Source of the DNA: an uncultured Gammaproteobacteria bacterium
Lineage (GTDB): Bacteria > Pseudomonadota > Gammaproteobacteria > PS1 > Pseudothioglobaceae
Assembly (NCBI GenBank): GCA_902556205.1
Contig: CACDVH010000005.1
Coordinates: forward strand, 9,091-73,090
Direction of reading: 5' to 3'
DNA: 64,000 bases
Shown here: piece after piece, positions 11,948 to 21,814 of the stretch
How the letters are laid out: each line of letters opens with the position of its first letter
Numbering within the stretch: the first letter of the stretch is position 1
Notes under the pieces: generated by a model
The model's database searches: none
Seen by the model: the letters and a program-made list of their open reading frames with translations, nothing else
Told to the model about the DNA's origin: nothing
Position numbers and translations under genes: made by a program

Positions 11948-12527
11948 TGAGTAATATTTCTGTTAATAGGTCACTCAGCGCGAGACCTCGGTGTGATATT
12001 TTATTTTTGGTTTTTGGATCAAGCTGTGCAGAGCTGCAATCATATTCCTTTAAGTAAAAAATAGGATCATAGCCAAAGCCATTAGAACCAATGGGTTTTC
12101 TTAAAATCTCACCATGCCACCGCCTTTCAATAATAATTGGGTTTGGATCTTCATAGCTCCTTATAAAAACCATTGCACAACAAAAATTGGCCTTACGATT
12201 ATTATGCTTCTCCATATCTTTAAGAAGCTTGCTTAAATTCTCTTCATCAGATGCATTGTCTCCTGCATATCTTGCAGAGTAAATCCCAGGCTCACCATTG
12301 AGCGCGTCAACTTCTAAACCTGAGTCATCTGCTAAAGCAGGTAATTGAGTCTGATAGGCAGCATTTCTTGCCTTGATTAAAGCATTTTCGACAAAAGAAC
12401 TGCCAGTTTCAGGCACCTCTTTAACCTGTAAATCTTTTTGGGAAACAACGCTGCAATGACCCACTAGCATTGCATTTAGCTCTCTAACTTTTGCTGGATT
12501 TCCAGTTGCAAGGATTATTTTTTTCAT
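11940..12527 (-). CDS. rdgB: dITP/XTP pyrophosphatase (Ham1/RdgB family)
   Basis: Contains [48 protein letters not shown] and GFGYDPIF motifs. Start set at ATG 12527-12525; the ORF is open to 12608 but that stretch is non-homologous. Confidence 0.92.
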   Translation of the reverse strand: MKKIILATGNPAKVRELNAMLVGHCSVVSQKDLQVKEVPETGSSFVENALIKARNAAYQTQLPALADDSGLEVDALNGEPGIYSARYAGDNASDEENLSKLLKDMEKHNNRKANFCCAMVFIRSYEDPNPIIIERRWHGEILRKPIGSNGFGYDPIFYLKEYDCSSAQLDPKTKNKISHRGLALSDLLTEILLIE

Positions 12528-12529
12528 CG

Positions 12530-12537
12530 TGTATAAT
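12530..12537 (+). promoter_or_regulatory. Putative extended -10 (TGTATAAT) for rpiA
   Basis: TGTATAAT lies in the 34-bp rdgB/rpiA divergent gap. GGAGAG RBS at 12553-12558 and ATG at 12562. Confidence 0.35.
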
Positions 12538-12561
12538 TTTGCACTAAAAGATGGAGAGTAT

Positions 12562-13227
12562 ATGACCCAAGATGAATTAAAAAATGAGGTAGCTAAAGTA
12601 GCTCTCAAATATGTTACTCCTGGGACTATTATAGGTGTTGGGACAGGCTCTACCGCAAATTTTTTTATCGATCATTTAGCCAGCATTAAAGACTCTATCA
12701 AAGGTGCAGTTGCAAGCTCTATTGATACTGCAAATAGACTAAAAAGAAATGGCATTAGAGTTGTCAACCTCAATGATGTTGATGAAATTTCTGTCTATAT
12801 TGATGGCGCTGATGAGTCTGACCATAATCTCAATCTGATTAAGGGCGGAGGGGGTGCATTAACTCGGGAAAAAATTGTTGCGGCAGTCTCTCATCAATTC
12901 GTCTGTATAGCAGATGAGACAAAGCTTGTTGATTCTCTAGGCAAATTTCCTTTGCCAGTTGAAGTTATCCCAATGTCAGCCAACTATGTAAAACGTCAGA
13001 TTATTGAGTCTATTGGTGGAAACCCAGTTTTAAGGGAGGAGTTAACTACAGACAATGGAAACCTAATACTCGATATTTATGAACTTGATATTGTTGATCC
13101 ACAAGATCTTGAGAATAATCTTAATAACATTGTGGGAGTAGTTACTAATGGATTATTTGCAAATCGTGGCGCTGATGTTCTTTTGATAGGCTCTCAAAAT
13201 GGTGTTAACATATTGCAATCAAAATAA
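12562..13227 (+). CDS. rpiA: Ribose-5-phosphate isomerase A
   Basis: Begins MTQDELK as in E. coli RpiA. Contains [26 protein letters not shown] and FPLPVEVIP motifs. ATG at 12562 is preceded by GGAG; the ORF track's upstream GTG (12529) is unlikely. Confidence 0.95.
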   Translation: MTQDELKNEVAKVALKYVTPGTIIGVGTGSTANFFIDHLASIKDSIKGAVASSIDTANRLKRNGIRVVNLNDVDEISVYIDGADESDHNLNLIKGGGGALTREKIVAAVSHQFVCIADETKLVDSLGKFPLPVEVIPMSANYVKRQIIESIGGNPVLREELTTDNGNLILDIYELDIVDPQDLENNLNNIVGVVTNGLFANRGADVLLIGSQNGVNILQSK

Positions 13228-13338
13228 TTTTTTTAGTTTATTATAAACATAGGTCGGTCACTAGCCCTATTTAAAAAAGGCCATTAAGAAACAAGTCTTT
13301 ATTAAATGGATTTTCTTAATTGACTAGATTTATTGTTC

Positions 13339-13755
13339 ATGAAAAAAATTATAAAAAAAATCGCTAAAGCTTTAATTGCATTTCTTGGAATATGGTGCGT
13401 TTGTGCTTCGATTGCAGCAGTTTATGGTGTTTCTCTCTATTTTCCGTTCTATATATCTGATGAAGTGGAGATCCCATATCATCGAATGCTGGCTTTAAGA
13501 GTGACAATCTTACTTACCTTTGCCTATTACTCAATTAAATATTTGTTTTCTGAATCGAAGCAGCTTTACCCTATTCAGTTTTTAGATACTATCTTAAAGA
13601 TTTACTTTTGTTCTGCTTTGATTATTGGCATAAGGCTAAATGTTGCGACCAGTGAATTTATTGTGTTGATTTTATTTTTGCTCATGGCTATTGTTACCCA
13701 TGTTGTCTCAAGACCTAAATTAAGAAGGTTTTATTACTCCAAGTTCTCTGATTAA
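13339..13755 (+). CDS. Hypothetical small membrane protein (about 4 TM)
   Basis: ORF only, with four hydrophobic stretches and no motif I recognise. ATG at 13339 is preferred over the TTG at 13333. Confidence 0.45.
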   Translation: MKKIIKKIAKALIAFLGIWCVCASIAAVYGVSLYFPFYISDEVEIPYHRMLALRVTILLTFAYYSIKYLFSESKQLYPIQFLDTILKIYFCSALIIGIRLNVATSEFIVLILFLLMAIVTHVVSRPKLRRFYYSKFSD

Positions 13756-13785
13756 CAACAACTCTACAAAACTTCGAATTCTGTT

Positions 13786-13814
13786 ATTATTAAATATTGA
13801 AAACATTTAATAAT
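13786..13814. promoter_or_regulatory. AT-only inverted repeat (10-bp arms, 9-nt spacer) abutting the yeeE-like start codon
   Basis: ATTATTAAAT (13786-13795) and ATTTAATAAT (13805-13814) are perfect reverse complements. The repeat ends 5 nt before the ATG at 13820. It could be an operator, or chance in AT-rich DNA. Confidence 0.2.
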
Positions 13815-13819
13815 TAAGA

Positions 13820-14251
13820 ATGCATAACTTTACACCCGTCAGCGCACTTATTGGAGGAGTCATCATTGGACTCTCTGTCGTATTGTATTTCTATTCAACG
13901 GGAAGATTGGCTGGGATTAGTGGAATATTTGAGAATGCTATTACCAGCACTTCTCAAAAAGCTTCAAACCTCTTATTTTTAATTGGATTGGTCGTTGGTC
14001 CAGTCATCATCTACTATTTAATAATGCCAAATAAACCAATAGCGTTTGAAATAACAAACTCTTACCTTCTCATTATTCCTGGCGGCTTTTTAGTTGGCTT
14101 TGGAACCAGGCTTGGTGGTGGCTGCACCTCTGGTCACGGTATATGCGGCATTGGCAGACTATCAGTAAACTCAATGATTGCAACTTCAATTTTTGTCGCT
14201 ACAGGAGTGATCACTGTTTTCATTCTTCAACAACTAGGGATATACTTATGA
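13820..14251 (+). CDS. YeeE/YedE-family sulfur-compound transporter, first half-protein
   Basis: 143 aa, 4 TM. Contains the signature GFGTRLGGGCTSGHGICG. Confidence 0.85.
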   Translation: MHNFTPVSALIGGVIIGLSVVLYFYSTGRLAGISGIFENAITSTSQKASNLLFLIGLVVGPVIIYYLIMPNKPIAFEITNSYLLIIPGGFLVGFGTRLGGGCTSGHGICGIGRLSVNSMIATSIFVATGVITVFILQQLGIYL

Positions 14252-14658
14252 ATGATAAATTTATCTCCCTGATCTCTGGTGTAATTTTTGGTATTGGATT
14301 AGTAATCTCTGGAATGACTAATCCTGAGAAAGTCATTGGCTTTCTGAGTATTGCCCATAACTGGGACGCCTCATTGATTTTTGTCATGGGTGGTGGAATA
14401 CTAACCGCTGGCCCATTCTTTTTTCTATTAAAAAATAAAGAGACTTCAGCCTTAGGAAACCAAATAAATTTACCAAAAAAACAAAAACTTGATAGCAAGA
14501 CAATAATAGGTGTCTCACTTTTTGGGGTCGGCTGGGGACTTGTTGGGCTATGCCCAGGACCTGCCATAGCAGCTATTGCAACCCTTGATCCAATTGCTTT
14601 CGTTTTCTTAATTTCAATGGCTGCTGGAGTCTTAGCCAAAAAAAATATTGTTAAATAA
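14248..14658 (+). CDS. YeeE/YedE-family (DUF6691-like) transporter, second half-protein
   Basis: ATGA overlap with the first half. MNDKFISLISGVIFGIGLVISGMTNPEKV and GVGWGLVGLCPGPA are typical of the partner half. The ORF track's upstream extension (14143) overlaps the first gene and is rejected. Confidence 0.82.
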   Translation: MNDKFISLISGVIFGIGLVISGMTNPEKVIGFLSIAHNWDASLIFVMGGGILTAGPFFFLLKNKETSALGNQINLPKKQKLDSKTIIGVSLFGVGWGLVGLCPGPAIAAIATLDPIAFVFLISMAAGVLAKKNIVK

Positions 14659-14703
14659 AGCCTTTCCTACTAAAATATTGCAACTTGAATATAAGGTAAG
14701 CTT

Positions 14704-14928
14704 ATGACAAATCAAACTCTAGATATGTGCGGTTATGCATGCCCAATGCCGATTTTAAAAACCAAGCAAGCACTTGCATCAATGGCATCAAAAGAGGTAA
14801 TTGAAGTCATTTGTACCGACCAAGGATCAAAAAAAGATTTTGTTGCTTTCTGCAATCAACTCGGTCACAAGCTCATATCCCAAAGAGATGAAGGAAACAA
14901 AATAATCTTCAATATCGAAAAAAACTAG
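14704..14928 (+). CDS. tusA: TusA/SirA-family sulfur carrier protein
   Basis: 74 aa. Contains the DMCGYACPMPILKTK motif (D..G..CPxP active-site Cys). Confidence 0.88.
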   Translation: MTNQTLDMCGYACPMPILKTKQALASMASKEVIEVICTDQGSKKDFVAFCNQLGHKLISQRDEGNKIIFNIEKN

Positions 14929-14936
14929 TCTTTATT

Positions 14937-15452
14937 ATGTCTGATCTAAATGAAATGACGCTTATTGCGTCAAAAGGAACCCTTGACTGGGCTTATCCAC
15001 CCTTTATCTTGGCTTCAAGTGGTGTTGCAATGGGTAAAGAAGTGACTGTTTTTTGTACCTTCTATGGCTTAAACCTTTTGCTTAAAGACTTATCTCACTT
15101 GAGAATTTCGCCGCAAGGAAATCCTGATATGCCGATGAAGATGCCTTTTGGACCAAAATGGTTTCAAGCAATTGATTTTGGACCCAAAATTCCTAACTTG
15201 TTATGGAATATTCCTGGTTTAGAATTTTTTGCTACCCAAATGATGAAGAGGACCTTTAAAAATAATGGCATGGCGACCATTGAAGAGCTCAGAGAAATTT
15301 GTATTGATATGGGAGTAAAGTTTATCGCCTGCGAAATGACTATGGGAATGTTTGGCTTCTCTCGAGGAGACTTTATTGAAGGTATTGAGTTCGCTGGCGC
15401 TGCTACCTATCTAGATGTTGCTCACAATTCCAATCAAGATTTATTTATTTAG
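14937..15452 (+). CDS. DsrE/DsrF/DrsH-like family protein (DsrE2/E3-like sulfur relay)
   Basis: 171 aa. Contains KGTLDWAYPPFILAS....G.EV.VF.TFYGL and FIACEMTMGMFG (conserved Cys) as in PF13686-type proteins. Immediately follows tusA. Confidence 0.72.
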   Translation: MSDLNEMTLIASKGTLDWAYPPFILASSGVAMGKEVTVFCTFYGLNLLLKDLSHLRISPQGNPDMPMKMPFGPKWFQAIDFGPKIPNLLWNIPGLEFFATQMMKRTFKNNGMATIEELREICIDMGVKFIACEMTMGMFGFSRGDFIEGIEFAGAATYLDVAHNSNQDLFI

Positions 15453-15453
15453 T

Positions 15454-16110
15454 TTAGCGCCAATTAAAAACTTGCCAGCCTTTCTCTTCAGCAACTGAAG
15501 TTAGAATCTTGTCACTATTAACAGCTATAGGAGTATCAACCAACTCTAAAAGGGGAAGGTCATTGTGAGAGTCTGAATAAAAATAAGACCCATTCAAGCT
15601 TTCATTATGGTTTTCAAGCCAGGGCATTAAGTTGTCAATCTTTCCAGATTGAAAACACGGAATTCCTGAAACTTTGCCAGTAAACCGTCCTGATTTAAAT
15701 TCCGGCTCAGTTGCCAGCAAATGTTCAATACCATACATTTCAACAACAGGCTTTGTAATAAAAGTATTTGATGCAGTAATGACTAATACTGTATCTCCAT
15801 TCTTTTTATGAGTATCGATACAATTTTGAGCTTTTTCAAGAAATATTGGCCTTATTTTTGTATCAATGAATTCTTGGCGAAGCTTATTAAGTTCATTTAA
15901 AGAATAATCTGTTAGGACTTTAAAACTAAACTCAGCCCAAGCATAGATATCAAGCTTACCTATTTCGTACTGATGATAAAAATAATCATTCATCTTTTGA
16001 AACGAATCTTTATCAGAAATAATACCTTGATCACACAGGAACTCTCCCCATAGGTAATCACTATCTCCACCAATGAGGGTATTGTCTAAATCAAAAATTG
16101 CTAAAGGCAT
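15454..16110 (-). CDS. HAD-IB family hydrolase (SerB-like)
   Basis: 218 aa. Contains [10 protein letters not shown] (DxDxT), VITASN and SDSHNDLPLL motifs. Confidence 0.85.
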   Translation of the reverse strand: MPLAIFDLDNTLIGGDSDYLWGEFLCDQGIISDKDSFQKMNDYFYHQYEIGKLDIYAWAEFSFKVLTDYSLNELNKLRQEFIDTKIRPIFLEKAQNCIDTHKKNGDTVLVITASNTFITKPVVEMYGIEHLLATEPEFKSGRFTGKVSGIPCFQSGKIDNLMPWLENHNESLNGSYFYSDSHNDLPLLELVDTPIAVNSDKILTSVAEEKGWQVFNWR

Positions 16111-16703
16111 ACTTCTGTCTCCACAATGCTCATAATTTCCTCAACAGAATCAACAACTCTGATTAACTCAAAATGCTCCTGATTGACATAAGATTTATCA
16201 ACTGTCTGCTCTATCCAAGATAGAAGCGATCTCCAAAATTTTGAATCATATAAAACTATCGGCATTTTCTTCATTTTCCTAGTTTGCATTAACGTTAAAA
16301 CCTCCATCAACTCATCAGCAGTTCCATAACCGCCCGGAAAATAAATACATGCACTAGAGTACTTAACGAGCATCACTTTTCTTGAAAAAAAATAGTTGAA
16401 GGTAATGTTTTCATCCAAATAAGGATTGCTAGACTGCTCCTGAGGTAACAAGATATTGAGGCCAATACTTTTGGACTTGCCCTCATAGGCTCCCTTATTA
16501 GCCGCACTCATAATGCCCGGTCCGCCCCCAGTAAAAACATTGTACCCAGCATTAGATAATTCTTTACCCAATTCATACGCCTTGAAATACAAAGGGTCTG
16601 AAGACTCTATTCTTGCAGAACCAAAAACAGTGACATTATTTTCAAAACTCTGAAGTTTTTCTTTTGCTGACAATAACTCAGCACCGACAGTAACTAAGCT
16701 CAT
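16101..16703 (-). CDS. LOG-family (TIGR00730) nucleotide 5'-monophosphate nucleosidase
   Basis: 200 aa. Contains TGGGPGIM and [10 protein letters not shown] motifs. Confidence 0.88.
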   Translation of the reverse strand: MSLVTVGAELLSAKEKLQSFENNVTVFGSARIESSDPLYFKAYELGKELSNAGYNVFTGGGPGIMSAANKGAYEGKSKSIGLNILLPQEQSSNPYLDENITFNYFFSRKVMLVKYSSACIYFPGGYGTADELMEVLTLMQTRKMKKMPIVLYDSKFWRSLLSWIEQTVDKSYVNQEHFELIRVVDSVEEIMSIVETEVCL

Positions 16704-17983
16704 AGTGACGAAAAAACAGCAGAAGCTGTTTCGATTGTTCTATTGATATCTTCTTCAGTATGAGCTATTGATAGGAATCCAGCCTCATAAGCAGAGGGTG
16801 CAAGATAGATGCCTTTATTAAGCATAGCTGTATAGAACTTTTTAAAAAGATCAATATCGCAACTAGATGCCTGCTTAAAATTGGTAACTTTATCTTCGGC
16901 ACTAAAAAATAAACCAAACATCCCTCCAACATAGTTACTTGTCATTGGAATACCGTTAGATTTTGCTTCAGAGACCACCCCATCAACCAGCTGAGAAGCT
17001 CGCTCACCAAGTTTATGATAAAAGGACTTGTCAGATTCTAGAGTATTCAGCATAGCTATTCCAGAGGCCATTGATAGAGGGTTTCCTGATAGCGTCCCTG
17101 CCTGATAAACCGGTCCAAGAGGAGCAATTTGATTCATAATTTCTCTCTTCCCACCAAATGCAGCGACGGGCAATCCGCCGCCTATCACTTTACCTAGGGC
17201 AGTCAGATCAGGAACAACGCCATAGACCTCTTGCGCACCCCCTAAGGCAACTCTAAAACCTGTCATTACTTCATCAAAAATAAGAACGACACCATATTGA
17301 TCACAAACTTTTCTTAGGCCTTGAAGGAAGCCCTCTTTGGGCGGAATGCAATTCATGTTACCGGCAATTGGTTCAACAATAATGCAACCAATATCCTCTC
17401 CCATTTTAGAAAACAAATCCTCTACAAGCTCTAAATTATTAAACTCCAGTGTCAAAGTATGTTTTGCAAGATCCTCTGGAACTCCTGGAGAAGTAGGAAC
17501 ACCTAAAGTAAGGGCGCCAGATCCCGCTTTCACTAGCAAGGAGTCCGAGTGCCCATGATAACAACCCTCAAATTTTAAAATTTTGTCACGATTAGTGAAC
17601 CCCCTTGCCAATCTAATCGCACTCATAGTTGCCTCAGTTCCTGAGCTGACCATTCTCACAAGCTCAATGGAGGGCATTATTTGACAGACTTTTTTCGCGA
17701 GAGAGGTCTCTATTTCAGTTGGTGCACCAAAACCCAAGCCCTTATCCAATACAGACTTTACAGCATCAACAATGACTGGGTTTGAATGGCCTAAGATCAT
17801 TGGCCCCCAGGAGCCGACATAATCAATATAAGAGTTTCCATCTACGTCAAATAGATAAGGACCCTCGCCCCTATCAAAAAATACTGGATCACCACCAACA
17901 CCATTAAAGGCCCTGACAGGAGAGTTGACACCACCAGGAATATACTCCTTAGCCTCTCTAAATAAAATTGAAGATTGTTTCAT
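16700..17983 (-). CDS. hemL: Glutamate-1-semialdehyde 2,1-aminomutase
   Basis: 427 aa. Contains [11 protein letters not shown], the class-III aminotransferase core and the GKVIGGGLP lysine motif. Confidence 0.96.
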   Translation of the reverse strand: MKQSSILFREAKEYIPGGVNSPVRAFNGVGGDPVFFDRGEGPYLFDVDGNSYIDYVGSWGPMILGHSNPVIVDAVKSVLDKGLGFGAPTEIETSLAKKVCQIMPSIELVRMVSSGTEATMSAIRLARGFTNRDKILKFEGCYHGHSDSLLVKAGSGALTLGVPTSPGVPEDLAKHTLTLEFNNLELVEDLFSKMGEDIGCIIVEPIAGNMNCIPPKEGFLQGLRKVCDQYGVVLIFDEVMTGFRVALGGAQEVYGVVPDLTALGKVIGGGLPVAAFGGKREIMNQIAPLGPVYQAGTLSGNPLSMASGIAMLNTLESDKSFYHKLGERASQLVDGVVSEAKSNGIPMTSNYVGGMFGLFFSAEDKVTNFKQASSCDIDLFKKFYTAMLNKGIYLAPSAYEAGFLSIAHTEEDINRTIETASAVFSSL

Positions 17984-19023
17984 TAATGCTCCTGAAAATT
18001 TGTTATAGCTGGATATTTTTTTAAGTTAGTAATGTGTGACCATACCACCAGGACATTATCCAATAATAATTTCATATTTACAGTTGTTTGTGAAAGAGAA
18101 ATTGCCTGATTGGTATCATCTAAAAGCTTGAATAAATGATTGAAAGAAGATTTTTCAATGACCTTGTTTAGCTCCAGATTAGCGCCGTCATGATTTAAGA
18201 TTTTAATTTTTATTCCTTCACTAATAAGGTGCTGTAAACATTTCAATACCTCCAATTCATTATCGGAAAAAATTTCTGTATCTTTAATTTTAGTTGGGCT
18301 AAGTGCTATTTTTAGCAGCAGGTTTTGCCAGCTCTGATATTGAAAATAAAAATCCCCTTTTAAATCATCGATTGCCCTATGTGGAACTCCATGAGCGCTA
18401 TCTAATAACTGCATAGGATCATAATCTGAACGAGTATCTATATCAATTTGCTCAGCAACCCACTCTGCAGTCTCCTCATCATAGGATGGGTTGATATGAA
18501 TGGCTTGGCATCTGGATAAAATGGTCATCGGAAGTCTATCGGCATTATGAGCAAGTAAAATAATGAGCGTGTTTTGTCTTGGCTCCTCTAGAGTTTTTAG
18601 AAGACTATTGGCCGCATTATTGTTCATTTGATCAGCGTAAAAAACCACTCCAATCTGAAGACTTTCGGCAGTTTTACCTAGTGATTCACAAAAGGCTCGA
18701 ATTTGATCGACTCTTATATCCTTTGACATCGAGCCGGAGTCATTTAGCTCCGTTCTGCAATAAATTAAATTTGGATAATGTGATCTTCGAATCAATACAC
18801 TGTGATCCAATTCAGACATGGGGTCATCATTATTTAGTGCATTACAAAGTTCACAACGATCACAAGATGCTTTAGGACAGAGAAGCTTTTTTATTAAGCT
18901 TTGAGTGAAATCAAATTTACCAATTTTTTCAACTCCAGTAATCAGAAGGGCATGAGGCATATGATTTTGCTCGATCATCTTATCAAGTTTATCACTTGCT
19001 TTTTTATGCCAAGGAAACATCAT
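17983..19023 (-). CDS. holB: DNA polymerase III subunit delta'
   Basis: 346 aa. Contains HALLITG..G.GK, a Cys-rich insert (C..C..C) and TLEEP...T..IL...A..L..TI.SRCQ. Sits downstream of tmk as in E. coli. Confidence 0.88.
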   Translation of the reverse strand: MMFPWHKKASDKLDKMIEQNHMPHALLITGVEKIGKFDFTQSLIKKLLCPKASCDRCELCNALNNDDPMSELDHSVLIRRSHYPNLIYCRTELNDSGSMSKDIRVDQIRAFCESLGKTAESLQIGVVFYADQMNNNAANSLLKTLEEPRQNTLIILLAHNADRLPMTILSRCQAIHINPSYDEETAEWVAEQIDIDTRSDYDPMQLLDSAHGVPHRAIDDLKGDFYFQYQSWQNLLLKIALSPTKIKDTEIFSDNELEVLKCLQHLISEGIKIKILNHDGANLELNKVIEKSSFNHLFKLLDDTNQAISLSQTTVNMKLLLDNVLVVWSHITNLKKYPAITNFQEH

Positions 19024-19637
19024 AGCGAGTCTATTAAAGCCCTAATTTTAGATTGAATATCATCAACTGATCCAGTTGCATCAATTAGTTTTATGCGTTC
19101 AGGAAAAGTCTCTGATCTGCTTATAAAAACAGACCTAACTCGTTCAAAAAAAGCTCTCTCTTCTAGTTCAATTCTATCTTTCGCTGAACGAGCTTCTATT
19201 CTCTGCATACCAACTTCAACGCTTACATCTAATAAAAGAGTTAAGTCTGGCTTAAAGTCACCTAGAACCCAATCTGCCAATTCAGAAATACGATTCAAAT
19301 CGAGCATCCTTCCACCACCTTGATAGGCAAATGAAGCATCGGTAAAGCGATCACTGACAACCCAATGCCCCTTATTCAAAGCGGGAATGATTTTATTTTG
19401 AATCAATTCATTTCTAGAGCTAAACATTAACATGAGCTCTGTATCACTATGCATTTCTTGATTGTCTACATCGAGAAGAACGGAACGAATTTTCTCTCCA
19501 ACTGGAGTTCCCCCAGGTTCACGCGTTCTAACAACTTCAATACCTTTTTCATGCAAATAGCTGCAAATAAGGTCAATTTGAGTGCTTTTACCAGCACCTT
19601 CAACCCCATCAATGGTAATAAATTTTCCGTTTCTCAT
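19020..19637 (-). CDS. tmk: Thymidylate kinase
   Basis: 205 aa. Contains FITIDGVEGAGKSTQ, TREPGGT and DRF..AS.AYQG motifs. Confidence 0.96.
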   Translation of the reverse strand: MRNGKFITIDGVEGAGKSTQIDLICSYLHEKGIEVVRTREPGGTPVGEKIRSVLLDVDNQEMHSDTELMLMFSSRNELIQNKIIPALNKGHWVVSDRFTDASFAYQGGGRMLDLNRISELADWVLGDFKPDLTLLLDVSVEVGMQRIEARSAKDRIELEERAFFERVRSVFISRSETFPERIKLIDATGSVDDIQSKIRALIDSL

Positions 19638-19653
19638 GCCTCATAATTTTAAA

Positions 19654-20643
19654 CTAGTTAACCTTTAAGTACTTCTTGATATTTTCTTTATGTTCATCAT
19701 AAGTCTTAGCAAATGCATGACTTCCATCTTTCTTTGAGACAAAGTATAGATCATTTCCCTTGGCTGGATTAAGAGCTGCGAAAAGAGACTGATAGCCAAC
19801 TGAAGAGATAGCCCCTGGTGGGAGACCCTTATTTCGATAGGTGTTATAGGGGTGGTCAAACTGTAAATCGCTTCGAGTTAATGGAGGTGAATATTGATCC
19901 CCTAGAGCATAGATAACAGTTGGGTCCGTTTGAAGACGCATATTTGAATTCAACCTGCCAATAAATACACTAGAAATCATTGGCTTTTCTTTATCAAGAG
20001 CTGTTTCATTCTCAATCAACGAAGCCAAAATAATGGCTTGATAAGGAGAATCAAGTGGGATACTTGTATCCCTATTTTTCCACAACTCTGCCAGTTTCAA
20101 CTTCATGGTTTCATGAGATTTTTTTAGAACATTCTCAATGCTTTCTCCATAATTAAAAATATAGGTTTCAGGGAAGAACCAACCATCATAAGGCTCCTGG
20201 ATACCAATTGAAGCCATAACATTATCAAAAGATTCATTGGGGGTTATGGAGGGATCTTTATTTAATTGTTGGAAGTAGTATTGAATTGTTTTTCCTTCAA
20301 TCAAAGTCACTTTAGTTTTCAGAACTTCCCCACTTGAAATTTGACCAATGAAATCAAAAATACTGGTATCTGGCTTTAATTCATAATAACCAGACTTTAA
20401 ATTCTTGTTTGCATTCAGCAATCTGCTTACCGTTGCAAAAAACTTCTTTGATTTGATTATTTGCCTGTCACTGAGCTCTTGTGCTACTTCGCCCATTGAA
20501 GAGCCAGATTTAACCTGAAAAATTTGAGGCTGGTTTACCAATATATCCTTCGATGTGAGAACCCATGCAATAAGTAATAGTAAAAGAACTGTAGCGATGA
20601 CTCTTGAAACAAATTTATGATGGTTTTTTAAATACATGTCCAA
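19654..20643 (-). CDS. mltG: Endolytic murein transglycosylase MltG (YceG)
   Basis: 329 aa. N-terminal TM, then ASLIE.E and YNTY...GLPPG.I motifs. pabC-mltG-tmk-holB order. Confidence 0.92.
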   Translation of the reverse strand: MDMYLKNHHKFVSRVIATVLLLLLIAWVLTSKDILVNQPQIFQVKSGSSMGEVAQELSDRQIIKSKKFFATVSRLLNANKNLKSGYYELKPDTSIFDFIGQISSGEVLKTKVTLIEGKTIQYYFQQLNKDPSITPNESFDNVMASIGIQEPYDGWFFPETYIFNYGESIENVLKKSHETMKLKLAELWKNRDTSIPLDSPYQAIILASLIENETALDKEKPMISSVFIGRLNSNMRLQTDPTVIYALGDQYSPPLTRSDLQFDHPYNTYRNKGLPPGAISSVGYQSLFAALNPAKGNDLYFVSKKDGSHAFAKTYDEHKENIKKYLKVN

Positions 20644-21461
20644 GATTTGATATCTTGAGTCACCGATTCAAATGCATTGTTAATTTGTTCAGTTATTGAG
20701 CTTTTTGGGAATTGACAATCCTCAATTGAACTGACTGACTGAATACCAATGATGCTATTTGAAATAAAGACTTCATCAGCTTTTTTTGCCTCATTTATTG
20801 AGATATTAACCTGTTCAACATTCATCTCTAACGATTCTGCTAGATCTAAAATAAGGGATCGCCGACTGCCTATCACTCCACATCTATCCAACTTGGGTGT
20901 CACTAGCCTTTGGCCAAAGATGAAATAGATATTCCCTTGAGTGACAGAAATGATATTTTGATTTTCGTCTAACATGATTGCCTCATCCCTTTTCAACGAT
21001 GCCCGGGCCAAAATCTGTTCAATTCTATTGCAATGTTTAATACCTGCTAGAATTGGATTTGAGTGATAACCACTTTCTGCATACTCAAGGGAAAATGATT
21101 TTTTTGACTGAACATTTCTCAACTCTGAAACAATGACAGTCCTAACTGGCGAAATATCATCAGGGTAGCTATACCCTCTTTGAGAATTACCCCTTGAAAG
21201 TATTAATTTAACAACACAGTTTTTTGTTGAAGTTAAGCTAAGTGCTTTTTTAACATCCTTTAGCCAGATGGATTCATCTGAATTTTTTATTTTGAGCCTT
21301 TCACACCCTTCATTAAGTCTAAACAGATGTTTGTCCCATAATAAAATTCGATTGTCTTTAACAACACAAGTTTCAAATAACCCATCTCCATATTGAAAAT
21401 TACGGTTATAAATACTTATATTTGACTGCTCTTGTCCATTGATGATAGCAATTGAATCCAT
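20628..21461 (-). CDS. pabC: Aminodeoxychorismate lyase (class IV aminotransferase fold)
   Basis: 277 aa. Contains YGDGLFET, and GIKH.N (the lysine-bearing loop). Conserved position upstream of mltG. Confidence 0.8.
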   Translation of the reverse strand: MDSIAIINGQEQSNISIYNRNFQYGDGLFETCVVKDNRILLWDKHLFRLNEGCERLKIKNSDESIWLKDVKKALSLTSTKNCVVKLILSRGNSQRGYSYPDDISPVRTVIVSELRNVQSKKSFSLEYAESGYHSNPILAGIKHCNRIEQILARASLKRDEAIMLDENQNIISVTQGNIYFIFGQRLVTPKLDRCGVIGSRRSLILDLAESLEMNVEQVNISINEAKKADEVFISNSIIGIQSVSSIEDCQFPKSSITEQINNAFESVTQDIKSWTCI

Positions 21462-21492
21462 TCTTATGAGAGCATATTATTGAGCAATAAAG

Positions 21493-21804
21493 TTAGGAAT
21501 ATGAGCAGCAATAATCAACAACTGACATGACTTTTAACTTAAAAATGCTGTGGGCAGGAACTTCAAATGATTCGCCGCCTTGAATAGTTTGCCAATTTTC
21601 GCTCCCTGGAAGCAAAACACTCAGCTCCCCTGATAATATCTCCATGAGCTCATGCTGTTCTGTGGAGAACTCGAATTCCCCTGGCATCATAATTCCAAGC
21701 GTCTTAGAACTTCCATCATTAAATTTAATAACTCTGCTAGTGACATTGCCATCAAAGTAAATATTGGCAGCTTTGATGATCTCTACATCTTTAAATGTTG
21801 ACAT
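21493..21804 (-). CDS. ppnP: Pyrimidine/purine nucleoside phosphorylase PpnP (DUF1255 cupin)
   Basis: 103 aa. ANIYFDG.VTSR...F.DGS.KTLG.M.PGEFEF.T...E.ME.L.G is typical of YaiE/PpnP. Confidence 0.85.
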   Translation of the reverse strand: MSTFKDVEIIKAANIYFDGNVTSRVIKFNDGSSKTLGIMMPGEFEFSTEQHELMEILSGELSVLLPGSENWQTIQGGESFEVPAHSIFKLKVMSVVDYCCSYS

Positions 21805-21814
21805 AAGTTACTCC

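Noticed and set aside
12528-12608. N-terminal ORF extensions suggested by the ORF track: rdgB to 12608, rpiA GTG 12529, yggS to 8588, yedE-like 14143, proW TTG 37016, cca to 49872, NMO to 63345
   Set aside because: The extensions are non-homologous to known N-termini and overlap neighbouring genes or a terminator. Internal ATGs give N-termini that match E. coli orthologues (for example MTQDELK for RpiA).
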